Shown piece after piece: positions 17,010-20,257 of a stretch of DNA of 20,257 nucleotides. The first letter of the stretch is position 1, and each line of letters starts with the position of its first letter. Made by a program: the position numbers and the translations under genes. The DNA comes from Gemmatimonadota bacterium. Lineage in GTDB: Bacteria > Gemmatimonadota > Gemmatimonadetes > Gemmatimonadales > GWC2-71-9. Where the stretch lies: positions 1-20,257 of the forward strand of contig JBDHKN010000087.1 in the NCBI GenBank assembly GCA_039586365.1, in the 5' to 3' direction. The notes under the pieces are model-generated. The model did not search any database and was not told where the DNA came from. It saw nothing but the letters and a program-made list of their open reading frames with translations.

Positions 17010-17960
17010 GTGAGATCGATACTATCGAGCAGACGGTTCGGATTCGTCTTTGTGGCTCTCCTACTGGGGCTTGGTCCGGCCGTGGTTGCACAAGAGGTGA
17101 CAGACGCCGGGTCCAAAGGGATCGAGATAGCCGACGGCGTGCATCTCCTTGCTGGGCTGGCGTGCAATGTCATCGCCGTGATTGCTCCCGACGGTGTCTT
17201 GATCATCGACAACGGGAGGGCCAGCGGTTCTGAGGACCTGGAGAAATCGATCACCGAACTCGACGCGGGTCCGGTCCGGATCGTCCTAGACACGCATTTT
17301 CACTTCGACCACATTGGCGCAAACGAGGCCCTCGCTAGAGATGGGGCAGTCATCGTCGCGCACGAGAACGTAAGGCGGCGCATGCTGGCCGAATGGCGTG
17401 TTCCAGATACTCTAGGCATTAGTTACCCCACCGTCGCGCCGTACCCAGAGGTAGCTCTTCCGATACTAACGATCACTGACTCCCTCACTGTACATTTTGG
17501 CGGACACGAAATCGAAGTCCGATATCTTCCGAGCGCCCACTCGGATGCGGATGTCGCGGTGTTCTTGCGTGACGCGAATATCCTTCACACCGGAGACCTC
17601 TACCTCTCGAACGGCTTCCCCATCATCGATTCTTATCATGGTGGGACGATAGATGGGCTGATCGCCGCGGTCGACGCCTTGATAGACCTCATCGACGACG
17701 ACACGAAGGTCGTTCCGGGGCACGGTCCGGTGTCGAACCGGCGGGAGTTGCGCGAGTATCGGCACATGCTTGCGGCGGGTCGCGACCGGATCACAGCCCT
17801 TATCGACGAAGGTAAGACCCTAGAGGAGGTTGTAGCGGCGGATCCGACAGCTGGCCTCTATAGGCGTGGGGAGTCCTGGCTTCCTCCCAAGCTCTTCGTC
17901 TGGATGGTCTACGTGGACCTCACCCGGTCTCGTTCTCCAGCAGAAGATACGAGTGGCTGA
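17010..17960 (+). CDS. Secreted MBL-fold metallo-hydrolase (cyclase/glyoxalase II-like)
   Basis: THFHFDHIG (HxHxDH), AHSDAD, TGDL, VPGHG. GAGGT RBS before GTG 17010. Signal ends VVA-Q. Confidence 0.9.
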   Translation: MRSILSSRRFGFVFVALLLGLGPAVVAQEVTDAGSKGIEIADGVHLLAGLACNVIAVIAPDGVLIIDNGRASGSEDLEKSITELDAGPVRIVLDTHFHFDHIGANEALARDGAVIVAHENVRRRMLAEWRVPDTLGISYPTVAPYPEVALPILTITDSLTVHFGGHEIEVRYLPSAHSDADVAVFLRDANILHTGDLYLSNGFPIIDSYHGGTIDGLIAAVDALIDLIDDDTKVVPGHGPVSNRRELREYRHMLAAGRDRITALIDEGKTLEEVVAADPTAGLYRRGESWLPPKLFVWMVYVDLTRSRSPAEDTSG

Positions 17961-17985
17961 CTTACCGCCCCCTCATTCTCCGGCC

Positions 17986-18125
17986 AGTGAACAAGCGTTT
18001 GCAGAAGGCGCGCGCGTCGCTCTGGGCGTTGGCCTTAGATTGCGATTGGCTGAGTTCTGCGGCTCGGCCAGCGCCTCAATCGGGCGCGGTCGTTGCCGCG
18101 CAGGTGAAACGCTGATCCGTTAGGC
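17986..18125 (+). repeat. Degenerate attC, ~140-bp family (R'' and L'' mutated)
   Basis: AGTGAAC-aagcgtttgcagaagg ... gcgcaggtgaaacgctgatcc-GTTAGGC. Confidence 0.85.
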
Positions 18126-18172
18126 GGCCGTGGCGAAGTTCCAGGCTGACGAGTAATAGCTGTGAGGTGCTA

Positions 18173-18766
18173 ATGAGATCAGCCCACAGGCACCTTTGTC
18201 GAGCGGTTCGAGTGTCTCTGATCGCATTTTTCGGCTGTGCGGGAAGCTCTACAGCTCCGTCGGCCGGAGAGATCTCACAGTTAGTTCTCTTTCACATCTC
18301 CTATGAGAACTTTGCCTGGGGCCATCAGAGCGCTGGCTCGTATATAGATAATCACGGCCGCGTCTGGCGGCTCAGCACCGCGCTTCATTGGTGGCCGGAG
18401 GTAATGAACATACTGCAGGGTAGCGAGGATACTCTTTATTACTCCGTTGCGGAATTGGAGCAAAGTTACGCAGATGCCAGAGACTCGCTTGTTGCTGTTA
18501 TCGACGCTGGCGAGCTACGAGAGAAGTATCTGTTGATTGCTGGGGCCGCGCGGGGCACCTATTCGCCACCAGTTAACGCCGGTGCGGACATGGGGTCCCT
18601 CGTCGTTGGTTGTCTGGCCTATGATCAAGAAGTCGAGAGATACCGAAAGGTGATTCTTAGCATGACTGGAGATTGGGAGGCGATGAATGTCGCCAGCTCT
18701 GCGACTGAATTGGACGCCTGGCTGAGAAGCCTTGCGCAGCAGTTCCTTCTGGGGACGGACGGCTGA
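18173..18766 (+). CDS. Hypothetical lipoprotein
   Basis: Lipobox-like AFFGC. YENFAWG and GADMG motifs. Fills the cassette. Confidence 0.75.
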   Translation: MRSAHRHLCRAVRVSLIAFFGCAGSSTAPSAGEISQLVLFHISYENFAWGHQSAGSYIDNHGRVWRLSTALHWWPEVMNILQGSEDTLYYSVAELEQSYADARDSLVAVIDAGELREKYLLIAGAARGTYSPPVNAGADMGSLVVGCLAYDQEVERYRKVILSMTGDWEAMNVASSATELDAWLRSLAQQFLLGTDG

Positions 18767-18780
18767 GGTGTTGAGCGGCC

Positions 18781-18942
18781 GCCTAACAAGCGTTTGCAGG
18801 TGGCGCTGCATACTTCGCGTTCATTGCCTTTGTTCGGTGGTCGATGCGGTGTTAGAGGGCAAGCTGACTACGAGCTGATGTCCTCTGTTCCAGCCGTGCC
18901 GCTCGTTCCTCACGGCGCAGCTGAAACGCTGATCCGTTAGGC
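18781..18942 (+). repeat. attC site, 162-bp subfamily
   Basis: GCCTAAC ... cgctcgttcctcacggcgcagctgaaacgctgatcc-GTTAGGC. Shares internal sequence with 13104-13265. Confidence 0.92.
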
Positions 18943-18958
18943 ATACACGCGCGCGGCC

Positions 18959-18987
18959 TTGCGAGTCCGTCCGGGATGACCAAGATT
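18959..18987 (+). promoter_or_regulatory. Candidate promoter of the TA cassette, possibly leaderless
   Basis: TTGCGA-N17-AAGATT, with 6 nt between the -10 and ATG 18994 and no SD. Confidence 0.4.
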
Positions 18988-18993
18988 TTGGGT

Positions 18994-19215
18994 ATGGCCA
19001 AGCGTGCGATTGACTACGAGAAGCTCAGCATCGCGGAGCGGCTTCAACTCGTGGAGGATATCTGGGATAGTATCGCCGACGAGACCGAGGCGCTTCCTTT
19101 GACTGATGCGCAGAAGGCGGAACTCGACCGCCGTCTTGAGCAACATCGTCGCGATCCAGATTCCGCCATACCCTGGGAACAGGTTCGGGAAGAACTAAGT
19201 AAGCCTGGCGGATGA
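18994..19215 (+). CDS. Addiction module antitoxin (TIGR02574-like)
   Basis: LSIAERLQLVEDIWDSI...QKAELDRRL...IPWEQV signature. Confidence 0.9.
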   Translation: MAKRAIDYEKLSIAERLQLVEDIWDSIADETEALPLTDAQKAELDRRLEQHRRDPDSAIPWEQVREELSKPGG

Positions 19216-19508
19216 CGCTCCGCTTGGTCTTCCATCCAGCGGCTCGAGCCGAGCTGCGGGAAGCTCAGGGGTGGTACGAAGCCCGGGTTCCGGGTCTCGG
19301 CCTTGAGTTTGCGCGTGCAGTCGAGGCTGCGCTGATGGCCATCCAACGCAGCCCGGCAGCGTATCCGGTTGTCTATGAGGAAGTCAGGCAGGCCGTGCTG
19401 CGCCGGTTCCCCTACTCTCTCCTCTTCATTCCGGAAGCCGACAGCATTCTGGTGGTCGCGTGCTTCCACCACAGGCGCGATCCGCGGACCTGGCAAGAGC
19501 GCGCGTGA
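19212..19508 (+). CDS. RelE/ParE family type II toxin
   Basis: FHPAARAELREAQGWYE...GLGLEF...RRFPY...HHRRDP. ATGA overlap with the antitoxin stop. Confidence 0.92.
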   Translation: MTLRLVFHPAARAELREAQGWYEARVPGLGLEFARAVEAALMAIQRSPAAYPVVYEEVRQAVLRRFPYSLLFIPEADSILVVACFHHRRDPRTWQERA

Positions 19509-19509
19509 T

Positions 19510-19668
19510 GCCTAACAAGCGCTTGCAGCTGGCGCTGCAGCCTTTCGTGGAACGGCCTTTGGTCTGTGATAAGGTGAGTTCATTGCAGTTAGTGACATCG
19601 CGCTTTGGCCTTCGCCACGTGGACCCCCGCGCTCCTCAGGGCGCAGCTGAAGCGCAAAGTCGTTAGGC
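19510..19668 (+). repeat. attC site, ~160-bp family (159 bp)
   Basis: GCCTAAC ... gcgcagctgaagcgcaaagtc-GTTAGGC. Confidence 0.95.
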
Positions 19669-19805
19669 CGCTCTCATAGCTGGAGGTCCTCGGCTGGCCG
19701 CGCGCTCGAATTCCGAAGGTCTTCCACCAGGACACCGGCCATCGCAGGTGAATGGGGTGTGTCATATATCCATCGCAGTACGTAACGTGCTGGAGGTAGT
19801 CATGC

Positions 19806-20257
19806 ATGAACGGAGCGGCACTGTGTCTGGGGCTGCTCGGCGTGCTTCTGTGGCCCCCCTTGTCTTCGGTGGCATACCTAGAAGCGCAGGAATTGACTGG
19901 TCTCCGTGGAGATCCTGCCGCCATCGCGGACGCTGAGGAGATGGTCGAGGCGATGGGCGGTCTGGCTATCTGGCGTGAGCTTGAGAGCGTTCACTTCGTT
20001 CACGAGTGGGACATCTTCGACCGTCCTGACATCTACCTGGAAAACGAGATTCTGGATCTCACTGGGCCACGCTCGTACGTCACGATGGAGAGCGAGATAT
20101 ACAACAGAGTCCGAGCGTATAGCCCTGAGTATCGATACTGGAACATAGTCAACGGGGAGTTCTCGTATGCCAGCGATCAAGCATACGCAAATGCCATGGA
20201 GCGCGCTCCATATAGTATTTACCGACTAGCCAGAGCTATTGCCCGGGGCGATAGCTT
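19806..20257 (+). CDS. Hypothetical secreted protein (allele 2 of the repeated cassette), truncated by the window edge
   Basis: ATG 19806 gives MNGAALCLGLLGVLLWPP..., open to the window end and about 97% identical to 16149-16579. Confidence 0.75.
   Translation, partial: MNGAALCLGLLGVLLWPPLSSVAYLEAQELTGLRGDPAAIADAEEMVEAMGGLAIWRELESVHFVHEWDIFDRPDIYLENEILDLTGPRSYVTMESEIYNRVRAYSPEYRYWNIVNGEFSYASDQAYANAMERAPYSIYRLARAIARGDS

Larger units (their letters stand above)
1..20257 (+). mobile_element. Integron gene cassette array (superintegron/CALIN segment), ~25 cassette units, running off both window ends
   Basis: Regular alternation of 1-2 genes with imperfect palindromes bounded by RYYYAAC...GTTRRRY and containing paired L boxes. 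Genes are almost all co-oriented. No tyrosine recombinase in the window. Confidence 0.97.

Noticed and set aside
565..19668. Repeats as a CRISPR array, REP/BIME elements or MITEs
   Set aside because: Spacers are gene-sized. Repeats are 66-162 bp with R/L boxes, bulged bases and one orientation. There are no cas genes or target-site duplications.
19748..19936. Allele 2 as a frameshifted pseudogene (62-aa ORF)
   Set aside because: ATG 19806 restores the frame, and divergence from allele 1 is mostly synonymous.
126..20180. Numerous overlapping minus-strand and alternate-frame ORFs in the track
   Set aside because: Expected shadows in GC-rich DNA. They have no family motifs, and many cross attC boundaries.
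1..20257. Integron integrase, attI, Pc, transposases, tRNA or rRNA genes
   Set aside because: No tyrosine-recombinase or DDE motifs in any ORF, and no recognisable RNA gene.

Overview
The whole window is part of a long integron gene-cassette array (superintegron or CALIN type). It holds about 25 cassette units separated by 22 full-length attC sites (one degenerate) and 2 attC half-site remnants. No integrase (intI) or attI lies inside the window. Most attC sites fall into two long families, ~159-162 bp (L box CAGCTG) and ~140-141 bp (L box CACCTG/CAGGTG); four sites (138, 84, 66, 66 bp) are outliers. In nearly every intact cassette, the sequence just after the G|TT crossover is the reverse complement of that same cassette's 3' end for 9-14 bp, beyond the 7-bp core and sometimes into the gene's last codons. 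The cargo is mostly exported, lipoprotein or membrane proteins: beta-propeller, SnoaL/NTF2, SIMPL, dienelactone hydrolase, RidA, SurE, MBL-fold and CPBP. It also includes SDR, MerB-like and DinB-family genes and two toxin-antitoxin cassettes. Decay and rearrangement are visible: a 13-bp duplication frameshift, a frameshifted hicA, two attC-deleting cassette fusions, one inverted cassette, and two diverged alleles of one cassette. The protein style suggests a Gemmatimonadota-like host, which is inference only. All family calls come from motif recognition by eye, not database searches.
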